Assembly (NCBI GenBank): GCA_965248445.1
Contig: CBDFJG010000004.1
Coordinates: 928,001-992,000, forward strand
Direction of reading: 5' to 3'
DNA from: Planctomycetota bacterium
GTDB taxonomy: Bacteria; Planctomycetota; JAJSAM01; JAJVHW01
DNA: 64,000 bases
Both the position numbers and the translations under genes were made by a program. The notes under the pieces are model-generated. The model had not been told where the DNA came from. It saw nothing but the letters and a program-made list of their open reading frames with translations, and did not search any database. Shown here piece after piece: positions 1 to 9,958 of this stretch (position 1 is the first letter of the stretch; each line of letters opens with the position of its first letter).

Positions 1-776
1 ATGTCCTTGGGCATGTTGTCGCCGATGCGTGTCCAGGTTTCCGACGGGCGATCGATGCGGTAGATGCCGCAGTGGTTCTGCTGGTAGAGGCGATCCGGCC
101 GGAGCGGGTGCATCGCGACGCAGTGCGGGTCGTGGCCGTACTCGGGATCCGGCTCGGGATTGAAGTCCGCAGCGACGCCCTTGTTGATGGGCCGCCAGTC
201 TGCGCCCTGGTCGGTGCTCTCGAACGTGCCGCCGCCCGACATGCTGACGTACATGTGCGCCTTGTCGCGCGGGTCGATCAGGATCGAGTGGAGCTTCGCG
301 CCGTCGGGTGTGCCGAACTTCGACTCATCCGGGTCGCACCAGTCGGTGCGCTTGGGGTGGTCGTTGAAACCGCTCACCTCGCCCCACGTCGCGCCTCCGT
401 CCTCGCTGCGGAAGAGCGCCTGCGGAGACGTCCCCGCATACCACACCCCCGGCTCGCTCGCGTGCCCCGGCGTCAGCCAGAACACGTGATGCACGGCGCG
501 GCCGCCCTCGCCCTCGACTTTCGGGAACGCCGGCGGCTGCTCGGCCTCGTTCCACGTCTCGCCCAGGTCCGTCGAGCGGAACACCGTCGGACCGAGGTGG
601 CCGGTGCGCGACGCCATCAGGATCACACCCGGGTCGCGCGGGTCTTGCACCATGTGGTGCACGTTCGCGCCGAGGAACTGCGGCCCTTGCAGCGTCCAGT
701 TGCTCCTGCCCGCGTCACCGTGGAAGACGAATGCGCCCTTGCGCGTGCCCACGAAGACCAGTGTCGTGTCGCCCAA
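1..776 (-). CDS. BNR/Asp-box repeat beta-propeller protein (glycosyl hydrolase / sialidase-like); 3' end runs off the window
   Basis: Not in the ORF track; read manually. GGAGGAG RBS, TTG start at 776, MGDTTLVFVGTRKGAFVF..., Asp-box motifs SEDGGATW and STDQGADW, HDPHC motif. Confidence 0.85.
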   Translation of the reverse strand, partial: MGDTTLVFVGTRKGAFVFHGDAGRSNWTLQGPQFLGANVHHMVQDPRDPGVILMASRTGHLGPTVFRSTDLGETWNEAEQPPAFPKVEGEGGRAVHHVFWLTPGHASEPGVWYAGTSPQALFRSEDGGATWGEVSGFNDHPKRTDWCDPDESKFGTPDGAKLHSILIDPRDKAHMYVSMSGGGTFESTDQGADWRPINKGVAADFNPEPDPEYGHDPHCVAMHPLRPDRLYQQNHCGIYRIDRPSETWTRIGDNMPKD

Positions 777-837
777 CTGACTCCTCCTGTCCCGAGACGG
801 CGCGCAGCCTAACCGGGGGTGCGGGTCGAGGCCCGTC

Positions 838-1320
838 TCAGAACGTGAGGTCGAAGCGCTGTTCGACGATGTCGGTTCCCCACATGTGCCCGGGCACCTC
901 CTCTACCAGGGTGAAGCCCGCGCGCTCGTAGAGCCGGCGGGCGTCGTGGAGCGCGCTGACGGTCCACAGCAGGACGCCCGGGACGCCGGAGTCCCGTGCG
1001 AACGCAACTGCCGTCCGGAGGAGGTGTGAACCGAGGCCTCCTCCGCGGGCAACCGGCGCCACGAGGAACCACCGCAGGCGGGACCAGCCGTCCGCGTCGA
1101 ACACGATCGCGACGCATCCGGCGAGCCGTCCGTTGCGTTCGGCGATCCACATCGCGCCGTCGTGCTGTTGCGCGAACGCACGGAGCGGATCGCGCACGTA
1201 GTCCGCGAACGTCGCGTCGAACCCGTACTCGGCCGCGTAGGTCGTGGCGTGCAAGTCCACTACGTCGTCGACGTCGTCCGCTCGCAGCGCCCGCAGGGTG
1301 ACCCCGGCCGGGTGCGTCAT
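838..1320 (-). CDS. GNAT family N-acetyltransferase
   Basis: LRWFLVAPVARGGGLG acetyl-CoA motif, ARRLYERAGF; ATG at 1320 overlaps the upstream stop (ATGA). Confidence 0.9.
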   Translation of the reverse strand: MTHPAGVTLRALRADDVDDVVDLHATTYAAEYGFDATFADYVRDPLRAFAQQHDGAMWIAERNGRLAGCVAIVFDADGWSRLRWFLVAPVARGGGLGSHLLRTAVAFARDSGVPGVLLWTVSALHDARRLYERAGFTLVEEVPGHMWGTDIVEQRFDLTF

Positions 1321-1676
1321 CGCGCGCCGGACGCCTCGATCCGCTCGGCGCACGGGAGGCAGAACGGCGTCTCCGGAACGAGATCCAGGCGCCGGCGGTC
1401 GACGGCCGTTCCGCACATCGCGCAGGCGCCGAACGTGCCCTCCTCGACGCGCACGATCGCGCCACGAACGCGGGAAAGCTGCACCTCGAGTCGCCTCCGC
1501 GCGTGCAGCGCCATCTGCTGCTGTTGCAGCGCGTCCATGCGCGTCAGGCGGCCGATCTCCTCGTCGAGGGACGGGGGCTCTGTGGACGCAGCGTTCCGCT
1601 TCATGTTCGCGAGCACCTCGCGCTCGCGATCGCGAAGCACGTCTCCGAAGCGGGCCTGTTCGTCGGGAGGCAGCAT
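1317..1676 (-). CDS. TraR/DksA family C4 zinc-finger protein
   Basis: GRLTRMDAL coiled-coil tip, FGACAMCG...RL...PETPFCLPC zinc finger. Confidence 0.9.
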   Translation of the reverse strand: MLPPDEQARFGDVLRDREREVLANMKRNAASTEPPSLDEEIGRLTRMDALQQQQMALHARRRLEVQLSRVRGAIVRVEEGTFGACAMCGTAVDRRRLDLVPETPFCLPCAERIEASGAR

Positions 1677-1730
1677 GGCGCGGCGCACTCTACCCCGAGT
1701 TGCCGGTGCGCCGCGGTGCTCGATTCCCGG

Positions 1731-4323
1731 TCAGTACTTGTATGTCCGCGCGTTCTTCTGCGACATGCGAATCAGGACGCCGCGGCTCTCCTCGCCGACC
1801 ATGATCTCGATCAGATAGGGGCCGTCCTCGGGGATCGCGCCGAGCGACAGTCCCTTCGCAATGAGCAGCACCTGTTCCTTCAGGAAGTTGATCTGCAACT
1901 TGGTGACCCCGGGTGCGGACGGCGGGTTCTTGGCTATGTAGATGTCACCCTTGCGAGTGAAGTCGCCGCCCGGGACCGTGGCCTCGAACACGCCGCCCAG
2001 CGAGATCATCACGTCCGGTGCCGTGGCCGGCGTCCCCCCCCTCCGTCGCCAGTCCCGCGAGGATCGAGAGCACGTCCTTGCCGTCACCCTTGTGCACCTG
2101 CTTGATCTTGAACGGGAAGACGTTCGGTGAGCTGAGCAGGCCTCGGCGCTTGCCGAGCTTGTACTTGCCGTTCTCGAGCCCCACGGTGCCCTCGCCGTTC
2201 GCGGCCGCCGTGTCGAAGCGGAGCGTGATGTCGCCCTCGTCCGGCACGTTGCCCTCGAAGTCGTCGGTGATCGTGAGCCTGAACTTGGCGCGAGAACTGC
2301 CGGACCCAGCCGGCTTGATCTGCAGCTTCACGCCGCCCGTCTTGAAGAGGAACGCCGTGCCCTTCTTGTTGGGTTCGAGTACCGCCGAGTATTGGAGGTC
2401 GCCGACAGTGACCGTCGCAGGACCGCCGAGCGGCGTGGCGTCCGGACCCGTGTCGAAGAACCCCGCCGCGTTGACCTTCGACTTCTCCGGCTTGTTCTCG
2501 TTGATCTTGACCTTCACGGTCTTCGGCAACACGAACGACTGGATCGTGCCGGTGTCGTGGATCAGCAGCGAGACGTCGCCACTCGTACCCGTCGGTGCAT
2601 CTCCGGAGACGATCGTCGCGTTCGTGGCGTCGATGAGCGCACCCGATCCGCCGAAGCTCTCGAGGAGTACGTCGCCCGTGACGGTGGGGATGGATCCGGA
2701 CGCGGTCATGACCATCGCGTCCACGACAAGGATGTCGCCGTTCTCCGAGATCATCGACACGTTGCCGCCGCCCGATGCCTCGGCAGTGCCCTCGAGCGAG
2801 ATATCCCCCTCGCACTGCATGTAGATGTCGCTGCCGATTGCGTCGACGTACGCCTGGAGATCGATGCCCGCGCTCCCCGCGATCAGCCGGATTGCGCCGC
2901 CGTTCGCATCGAACTCGGGAGCCGGGCCGGCGAGGACCGCCGAGAGTCCGCCGGTGTCCTGCACGGCGATGATCCCCGCGGAGGCTCCGACATCCACCCC
3001 GGCGTCCACCGCATCGAACTGCGGCGTGCCCTCCAGTTCCACGTCGCCGCCGAAAGCGCGCACGACGAGATCGCTGTCCTGCGCGCGCAGGTAGCTGTCG
3101 CCGGCGACGAAGACGTCATCCGCGGCCTCGACCAGCACACCGCCCTGGCGGGTGCACTCGACGACCGAGCTGTTGGTTGCGCCTGGATTCTCGAGCGAGA
3201 CGTCGCCAGCGTGCGCGGTGACGCGGATGCCGCCGGTCCCCTCCGAGACGACCACCGCGTCGTCGTTCAGGCGGACGTTTCCGCTCGCGGCGACGACGAC
3301 GCTACCCGTGCCCGTGGGGGCGCTGATCGCGCCGCCATCGTTGCCGGACACGGTCGACTCGTCCACGGTGACGTCCCCGCCGAAGGCCTCGACGCAGGTG
3401 TCCCCGAAGAACGCCCGGACCAGACTCCCGGCCAGGACCTCGACGAAAGTGGAGGCCTCGATCACGGTCTCGCTGTTCATCGTCGTGACTTCCGTGCTCG
3501 AGAACGTCACGTCACCGCCGAACGCCTGCGTGATCGAGGATCCGGTCGTCGTCTCGATGAACGTCGTGAACACGTCGACGATCGTCGACGACTGGATCAG
3601 CACGTTCCCGGTGTCGGTCGATCTGAGCTCGCTGTCCTCGATGTCGATGGCGTTCAGTCCCGTCGGGGCGCCGTGGGAGCGGATCACGATGTCGCCGGCG
3701 GGAGTGCGCACTTCCGCGACGGCAGGCTCCGGCGTTCCGGCCGGCGCGAGGAGCTGTACGCCCATCTCGACTCGGTCCGCTTCGAGCGTGATGTTGCCGG
3801 CGCCGTTCGCGACGACGCCGGTCACCGGAGCGCCGTCCATGCTGAAGACGATGATCTCGTCGCCCGCGATGATCGTGATGTCTCCGCCGCCTATACCGAG
3901 TCCGCCCGTCTCGATACGGCCGGCGATCCGGACGGAGCCGGTCGCGAGGATCGTGACGGAGTCGTCGTACGTGATGGTCGCGCCGGCCTGGATGTCGAAG
4001 TCCGTGTAGTTGTAGGTAGTGCCTGTGAGCGTCAGGTCGGTGCTGAGCGCGACGGCGCCGAGGCTGCCGTCACCCGTGCTCGGTTTGGCCGGCAGCGGAC
4101 CGTCGATCGCGCCCTGTGTCGAGATCACCCCGAGCGAGGGCTTCACCGGCGGAGTTGCCGGCGGCGCGCACTCGTCGATCGTGACGGTGCCCTTGTTCGC
4201 GGCCGTGCCGGAGTCGATCGTGGCACACGTCGTGACGATCGTGCCGACGCCGCCCGCCACGCTCGCGCAGAACAGAATGGTCGCCACGCTGGCTACGACG
4301 GAGCTCTTCCGTGAAATCCGCAT
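1731..4323 (-). pseudogene. Large secreted beta-helix/adhesin-like surface protein, frameshifted at a G8 tract near the C-terminus (may be intact if the tract is a sequencing error)
   Basis: Signal peptide MRISRKSSVVASVATILFCASVAG from ATG 4323; repeated G/D/V-rich strands (AFGGDV, GDIxI); Lys-rich C-terminal domain continues in ORF 1731..2087 if one G is removed from the run at 2034-2041. Confidence 0.7.
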
Positions 4324-4495
4324 CGTTTCCCCCCGGATGGCCCGCCAGGCCGTATCGGGCCGGCGGTCCTGAGGAGGGTACTGGGTGGACGGGGTTGATT
4401 CCCGCCTGGACCCGCAGAAGCCGCCACGGGCGGAGTTCGCGCGTCTTGGAGACCAGGCGAGCGCGGCGGCGAGGTCTCGCGGTAGACTGCCCGCC

Positions 4496-5395
4496 ATGCC
4501 GACCGCGCTCGTCGTAGATGACGCGCAGGTCTCGCGGTGGCTTGCCGGCGAGATTCTGCGTACGCGAACCGACCTCACGGTCGCGTTCGCGACCAGCGGT
4601 GAAGAAGCGCTCGAGCACGTCGAGCGCGAAGTTCCCGACATCGTCGTGACGGACATGATGATGCCGGGCATGGACGGGTTGCAACTGGTCTCCGCGTTGC
4701 AAAAGAGCCACCCGGCTGTGCCGGTCATCGTGATGACCGCGTTCGGCAGCGAGGAACTCGCCGCGGGCGCACTGCGCGCCGGTGCAGCCAGCTACTTGCC
4801 CAAACGCCACCTCTCTCGCGATCTCGAGGATGTGGTGCGGCGTGTGCGAAACGCTGCGGGTGGCGCGTCGCAGAAGGCCGTCGCGGGTGTCTCTGGAGCC
4901 CTGACGACGTACGAGATCACGCTCGACAACGACATCGAACGGATCGGGCCCCTCATCGCGTACTTCCGCGCCGAGATCGTTCGTACCGGACTCTGCGACG
5001 AAACGGAACTGATGCAGTTCGCCGTGGCGCTCGACGAAGCGCTCAACAACGCAATCTGCCACGGCAATCTCGAGGTGGACTCCACGATCCGTGAGGAGAG
5101 CATGCAGGCGTACCTCGATCGCGTGCGTGAGCGCCGCGACGCCGAGCCTTACAAGGACCGCCGCACGCACGTGCGTCTCGATCTGACTCCCGAACGCGCC
5201 GTCTGCGTGATTCGTGACGAAGGGGGCGGGTTCGACGGGTCCGCGATTCCCGATCCGACGGACCCCGTGAATCTGGACCGCCCGAGCGGGCGCGGACTGG
5301 TGTTGATGCACACGTTCTGCGACGAGGTGAAGTTCGATCACGGCGGCGCGCAGGTGACACTCATCAAGCGCGCCAGTTCCGCGGCGGGCTCGTAA
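4496..5395 (+). CDS. Response regulator: REC domain fused to an RsbW/SpoIIAB-like HATPase (anti-sigma kinase) domain
   Basis: LVVDD, VTDMMMPGMDG, MTA and YLPK receiver motifs; EALNNAICHGN, IRDEGGGFD and SGRGL N/G boxes. Confidence 0.9.
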   Translation: MPTALVVDDAQVSRWLAGEILRTRTDLTVAFATSGEEALEHVEREVPDIVVTDMMMPGMDGLQLVSALQKSHPAVPVIVMTAFGSEELAAGALRAGAASYLPKRHLSRDLEDVVRRVRNAAGGASQKAVAGVSGALTTYEITLDNDIERIGPLIAYFRAEIVRTGLCDETELMQFAVALDEALNNAICHGNLEVDSTIREESMQAYLDRVRERRDAEPYKDRRTHVRLDLTPERAVCVIRDEGGGFDGSAIPDPTDPVNLDRPSGRGLVLMHTFCDEVKFDHGGAQVTLIKRASSAAGS

Positions 5396-5440
5396 CTCCG
5401 GCCGCGGGCGCGTCGCGGCGAATCTGGGCAGGAGGCGGTG

Positions 5441-6127
5441 ATGGCGAAGTTCGAGGGCTTCGGGAAGGACCTTCCCAAGTTCCTGGCGGAACTGGAAAAG
5501 AACAACCGCAAGGCGTGGTTCGACGCGAACAAGGAGCGCTACGAGGAGAGCGTCCTCGAGCCCGCGCGGGCTTTCGTGCGCGCGATGGAGCCGCGGCTAC
5601 GGCGCATCTCGAAGCACATCGTCGCCAGCGACAAGAAGGCCGGCGGCTCGCTCATGCGCATCTATCGCGACACCCGCTTCGGCAAGGACAAGCGCCCCTA
5701 CAACGAGCACGTCTCGATGGTGTTCTGGCACGACGCCGGCAAGAAGGTCGCGGCGCCCGGCTTCTATCTGCGGATCACGTCGAAGGGGGCGACCGGTGGC
5801 ACCGGTCTATGGCACCCGGACACGAAGTTCGTCGGGAGCGTCCGCGACCACATCGTCGACAACCCGAAGGCCTGGACCCGCGCACGGAACGAGGCCGTGA
5901 AGGCGCTTGGGCCGCTGGCCGGTGAGTCGCTCAAGCGGCCTCCGCGAGGCTACGATCCCGAGCATCCGCTCGTCGAGGACCTGAAGCGCAAGGACTTCGT
6001 GGCGTTCGCCGACATGCCCAAGAAGACACTGCTCGCGGCGAACTTCCCCGACGAACTGGCCAAGCGCTACCGCGAGTCGAAGAAGCTCGTGAAGTTCCTC
6101 TGCGACGCGCTCGATCTGGACTTCTAG
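5441..6127 (+). CDS. DUF2461 family protein
   Basis: FLAELEKNNRKAWFDANKERYE, RIYRDTRFGKDKRPY, LKRPPRGYDPEHPLVEDLKRKDF. Confidence 0.9.
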   Translation: MAKFEGFGKDLPKFLAELEKNNRKAWFDANKERYEESVLEPARAFVRAMEPRLRRISKHIVASDKKAGGSLMRIYRDTRFGKDKRPYNEHVSMVFWHDAGKKVAAPGFYLRITSKGATGGTGLWHPDTKFVGSVRDHIVDNPKAWTRARNEAVKALGPLAGESLKRPPRGYDPEHPLVEDLKRKDFVAFADMPKKTLLAANFPDELAKRYRESKKLVKFLCDALDLDF

Positions 6128-6160
6128 CCCGCTTCGTTCACCAGGTTTGCGCGCTTGGCG

Positions 6161-6656
6161 CTAACAGCGCGCGCCGCGCGGCATCGTGATCGGGATCCCG
6201 TCCGCCACCAGCGGTCCACGCGCCATGGAGTACTCGTCGCCGTCGAATAGTTCGGGCTCGGCCCTGAACTCCGCGGCGAGGCGGTCGGGCGAGAAAAAGA
6301 CGTCGACGCGGCTCGATCGGCCCGCCCAGGCGCTGCAGGATCTCCGTCAGCGTCGGCATCCTGCGAGCGACTACTTCGTGCAAGAGCAGGGTTGTCCCGT
6401 CCCGTGATGCCCACACGACTGTGTCCAGTTCCGCGATGTACTGCAGCTTGGCGTTGGCGGCATCGAACAGGAACACGTCGAGGTCCCGGACGACTCCGAA
6501 CTGGTGTACGAAGGCGCTGAGTGACCTAGTCCAGCAGAGCGAGTACGGCGCCGGCCGGGTCTGCTTGTGTCCGCCGCGCAGGAACACGGCGCCGATCAGG
6601 CTCCCGATGAGCCACTGAAACGCGAGGACGACGAGCACGCCGATCAGACCTGGCAT
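6161..6656 (-). pseudogene. Chimeric/degenerate gene: hydrophobic N-terminus joined to the C-terminal half of a probable GNAT-type protein with a +1 frameshift
   Basis: Removing one base near 6311 restores ...LGGPIERVDVFFSPDRLAAEFRAEPELFDGDEYSMARGPL...PRGARC* (TAG 6161-6163); the middle segment has atypical codons. Confidence 0.55.
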
Positions 6657-6723
6657 GGATCCACCCTCCCACAGGTGGACTGCAGCGTAGCGATTCGGCG
6701 CGCGCGCGCGCCAGCGCGGAGCG

Positions 6724-7956
6724 CTACGTCGGCTTCACCAGCCTCCCGAGGAAGAGCAGCGCGCCCGTCTCCCGATCCTGGATCAGGAACAGGAACGGGT
6801 GATCGGCACGGAACAACGGCGGGGCCTCGGGCATGGCCGTCAGGTCGGCCGCGACGCCGGTCGCTGCGGCGGCTTCGGTGCCCTTCTCGTCCACGCGCAC
6901 GTACGCCTTGTGGCGCACCGACTGGATGAACAGGTTCTTGGTCCCGTCCATGCCGGAGAGATCCGCGCCGTCGCCGAACGCCGCCTTCATCCCGAGCGAC
7001 TGCAGCGCCGCGGCGAGCGAGAACGACGCGTCGAACTCGAACTTCGGGAAGAACAGATACACCTCGGTGTGGTGCAGGCCGCCTGTCACTGACGAGAGGA
7101 ACTCGGCGCTCACACGCTGTTCGAGCGCCGGCAGGCCATCGCGGTCGTCGGGCAAGAGGATGATCATCGCGAGCCGCCCGCCCTTGTAGGGCACGCGGAC
7201 GGCCTGGAAGCCCTCGCCGCGGTGATAGTCGACGTCGCGGGTATCGCGCATGAGGGGTGCCGTCGCCTCGCCGCCCCCGGCGAGCAGGAACGGCTCGTCG
7301 CGTGTCTCGTCCGCGTTGAACTCGTCCTCCCACTTGCCCAGGAAGTGGATTGCGTTCGCGAGCACGAGCCGCGTCATCGCGTCGATCGAACCCTGCGGGA
7401 ACAGGTCCTTGATCTTGCGGTTGGTCTGGTTCTCGACCCAGTTGTTGACCACCTTCCGGCCGCGGTCGGGATTGCCCGCGAAGTCCACGTTCTGCGCCTC
7501 GGCTCCGTAGCTCGTGCGGAGGACCGACAGGTACTCCGGGCGGAAGGGGTAGCCGACGCCGGCGAAGAACGCGTTGCCGACGCTGACCGTGTTGCCGTCG
7601 TGCTCGCCGACCAGTGCCGCGGTCTGCGCCTGGAACGCGCGGTGGAGCGCGTCCCCCTCGAGTGACAATGAGAGAGCGGAGCGCATCTCGTTTGCGGTCT
7701 GCCCCCGCGCGCCCGCGTACGTCATCGCGAGGGCTGCGTGTACGGACCACGGCGAGAGGAAGAGGTTGTCTCCCGCCTCGGACTCGGCCGCGACGGTCTT
7801 GTAGAGCTCGAAGCCGAACGTCGTTCCGTCGTGCGCGAGTTGTGACGCGTCCTCTTTCGATACCACGACTGGCTGCACGTTTGCTACTCCCGCTCCACCG
7901 GCTTGACACCCCGCGAGTGCGATCAGCCCCGCCACTGCAATTCCCGCTCGCGTCAC
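6724..7956 (-). CDS. Serpin family serine protease inhibitor, lipoprotein
   Basis: Lipobox LAGC after GTG 7956; NLFLSPWS, LANAIHFLGKW, hinge EKGTEAAAAT, FRADHPFLFLI signature. Confidence 0.95.
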   Translation of the reverse strand: MTRAGIAVAGLIALAGCQAGGAGVANVQPVVVSKEDASQLAHDGTTFGFELYKTVAAESEAGDNLFLSPWSVHAALAMTYAGARGQTANEMRSALSLSLEGDALHRAFQAQTAALVGEHDGNTVSVGNAFFAGVGYPFRPEYLSVLRTSYGAEAQNVDFAGNPDRGRKVVNNWVENQTNRKIKDLFPQGSIDAMTRLVLANAIHFLGKWEDEFNADETRDEPFLLAGGGEATAPLMRDTRDVDYHRGEGFQAVRVPYKGGRLAMIILLPDDRDGLPALEQRVSAEFLSSVTGGLHHTEVYLFFPKFEFDASFSLAAALQSLGMKAAFGDGADLSGMDGTKNLFIQSVRHKAYVRVDEKGTEAAAATGVAADLTAMPEAPPLFRADHPFLFLIQDRETGALLFLGRLVKPT

Positions 7957-8468
7957 GGTTCCACCTCGATCTTGCGCTTCCGGACGGGCAACCACGCGAT
8001 CGGGATGCCCCAGACGAGCATCCAGAACGAACCGGCGAGGCCGGTGAGCGAAGCCAGGCCCACTCCGCTGCCGAGCTTGCCGAGCGGCGTCTTCGCGATC
8101 GGCATCGCCTTACCCTGGTGGACGACGATCTCGTTGCCGTCCGCGTCCTCGCCGATCACGCGCGGATCGAAGCGCCCGTGTGTCCAGCCCTGGAACTGCG
8201 CGACGGGGTACGAGAAGGAGTTGGGCAGCGCCCAGACGCAGAAGCCCACGAGGATCATCGCTCGCACGAAGCGCCAGAACCTCACGCCTGCGAAGTGCTT
8301 GCGCACGCCGAACACGATCACGACGACCGGCATGATCCAGTAGACGCCGAAGTACCAGGCGTAGTCCCTCGCGAAGACGTCGAGCGCGAAGCGCACGATG
8401 GCGACGCCCCACCCGATGTAGACAAGCGGACGGACGAGATCGAACAGGGCACGCAGCTTGGGCAGCAT
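7953..8468 (-). CDS. Hypothetical membrane protein (about 4 TM segments), coupled to the serpin
   Basis: Hydrophobic segments from MLPKLRALFDL...; TGA overlaps the serpin GTG. Confidence 0.7.
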   Translation of the reverse strand: MLPKLRALFDLVRPLVYIGWGVAIVRFALDVFARDYAWYFGVYWIMPVVVIVFGVRKHFAGVRFWRFVRAMILVGFCVWALPNSFSYPVAQFQGWTHGRFDPRVIGEDADGNEIVVHQGKAMPIAKTPLGKLGSGVGLASLTGLAGSFWMLVWGIPIAWLPVRKRKIEVEP

Positions 8469-8490
8469 GCGCGCAGAGTACCCTCTCGCC

Positions 8491-9423
8491 ATGCGCAAGC
8501 GCGACCAGGAGCAGGTGAGGGAGCGCTGCCACCGCTCTCTCACCGCGCTACTGGAACCCCTCGGTCGTGTTCCCGGCACCGTGCGGGCGGACAACGAGGG
8601 ATGGGTGAACGTGGTGCTGTTCGTCGATGACCTCGTCGTGCGCTTCAACGTCCGCGATCCGCAGTGGCCGAAGATCGCCCGCGAGGCCGAGGCGTACCGG
8701 CTGATGGGTGCGGCGGGCCTGCCCGTACCCGAGGTGTTGCACGTCGACACGAGCCGCAGCGTCTGTCCCTACGACGCAATGGTGCTCTCGCGCATGCCGG
8801 GGATGTCGCTCGAGCGGCGGTGGAAGGACCTTGAGTCGGCCCCCCGCGAGACACTGGCAGTCGAGGTCGGCGCGCTGCTGCGCACGGTCCACGCAATCCG
8901 TCCGGGCGGTTTTGGCGAACTGGCGCTTCCGGCGGGCGAGCGGCACGCGACGTTCGCCACGTACATCGACGCGCTGCGAGAACTCCGCGTCGCGGACGCA
9001 CTGCGCGTCGGCGCGATCGAGGAGCAGCACGCGGCCCGCGTGCGTGCCGCGTTCGCCGCTGCAGGCGACGCGCTCGCCGAGGTGGGGGCCGCGTCCCTCG
9101 TTCACGGTGACTACCACTTCGGCAATGTGCTCGTCGAGGGCGGCCGGGTCACCGCACTTCTGGATCTCGAGTGGAGCCGCGCGGGCGATCCCCTCGAGGA
9201 CCTGTGCATTGCGGCCGAGGTCGACCAGTTCTGCCCCGGAGCCCGCACTCCGGTCGCTGCGGGCTACCTCGATGGCCGCGAGCTGACCGAACAAGAGCAG
9301 GCGCGCTTCCGCCTGCACCGCTGCCTGCGGAACCTGGAGATGTGCGAGGTCGCCCATCGCACCGGCTCCGACGAATTCGAGGAGGGCAACGCGGTCACGC
9401 GGGCCCAGATCGAGAGCCTCTGA
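8491..9423 (+). CDS. Aminoglycoside phosphotransferase (APH)/choline kinase family protein
   Basis: Brenner motif LVHGDYHFGNVL, LLDLEWSRAGDP, GLPVPEVL. Confidence 0.9.
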   Translation: MRKRDQEQVRERCHRSLTALLEPLGRVPGTVRADNEGWVNVVLFVDDLVVRFNVRDPQWPKIAREAEAYRLMGAAGLPVPEVLHVDTSRSVCPYDAMVLSRMPGMSLERRWKDLESAPRETLAVEVGALLRTVHAIRPGGFGELALPAGERHATFATYIDALRELRVADALRVGAIEEQHAARVRAAFAAAGDALAEVGAASLVHGDYHFGNVLVEGGRVTALLDLEWSRAGDPLEDLCIAAEVDQFCPGARTPVAAGYLDGRELTEQEQARFRLHRCLRNLEMCEVAHRTGSDEFEEGNAVTRAQIESL

Positions 9424-9487
9424 GCGACCGCCTGGCGAGCGGGAATACTTTGTGATACACGCCTCGGGTGCCTAGGTTCAGGCGGTC

Positions 9488-9958
9488 ATGCAGCAGACGA
9501 CCCTCCGCCGGCTCGACCGCGTGGGCTCCGCGGTGTCCTCGCTCTGCGCGGTGCACTGCCTGCTCGTGCCGTTCCTCCTCGGCGCGCTGCCGGTCGTCGG
9601 ACTGGCGTTCCTCATCGAACCGGCGTTCGAGTGGACGATCATCGGAGCGAGCGCATTGATCGGAGTCCTCGCGCTGGGCGGCGGTGCCAAGCGCCATGGC
9701 GCGCCCGGTCCCTTGGTGGCGTTCGCCCTCGGATTGGGCCTCTTCGTGGTCGCGCGGCTGCTCGAGCACGCCGCTGGGCACGCTCACGTGGGCGACGCGG
9801 CGCATCACGGTATGCGCACCGCCCCTTGGCTCGTCGTGACACTCTCCGTGCTCGGCGGCATCGCGATCGTGGCCGCGCACCTCTGGAACACGCGCCTGGT
9901 CGGGACGCACGCGCACACGTGCCATGATCACGACCACGGCAGCGAGTCCGACCACTAG
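9488..9958 (+). CDS. MerC domain membrane protein with His-rich loop and tail (metal transport)
   Basis: LDRVG...SSLCAVHCLLVP motif, AAHLWN, C-terminal HAHTCHDHDH. Confidence 0.85.
   Translation: MQQTTLRRLDRVGSAVSSLCAVHCLLVPFLLGALPVVGLAFLIEPAFEWTIIGASALIGVLALGGGAKRHGAPGPLVAFALGLGLFVVARLLEHAAGHAHVGDAAHHGMRTAPWLVVTLSVLGGIAIVAAHLWNTRLVGTHAHTCHDHDHGSESDH

Noticed and set aside
8491..9958. Antibiotic/mercury resistance island (APH + MerC)
   Set aside because: Family-level motifs only; no merA/merR or mobile context, and the His-rich MerC-like protein more likely handles other metals.
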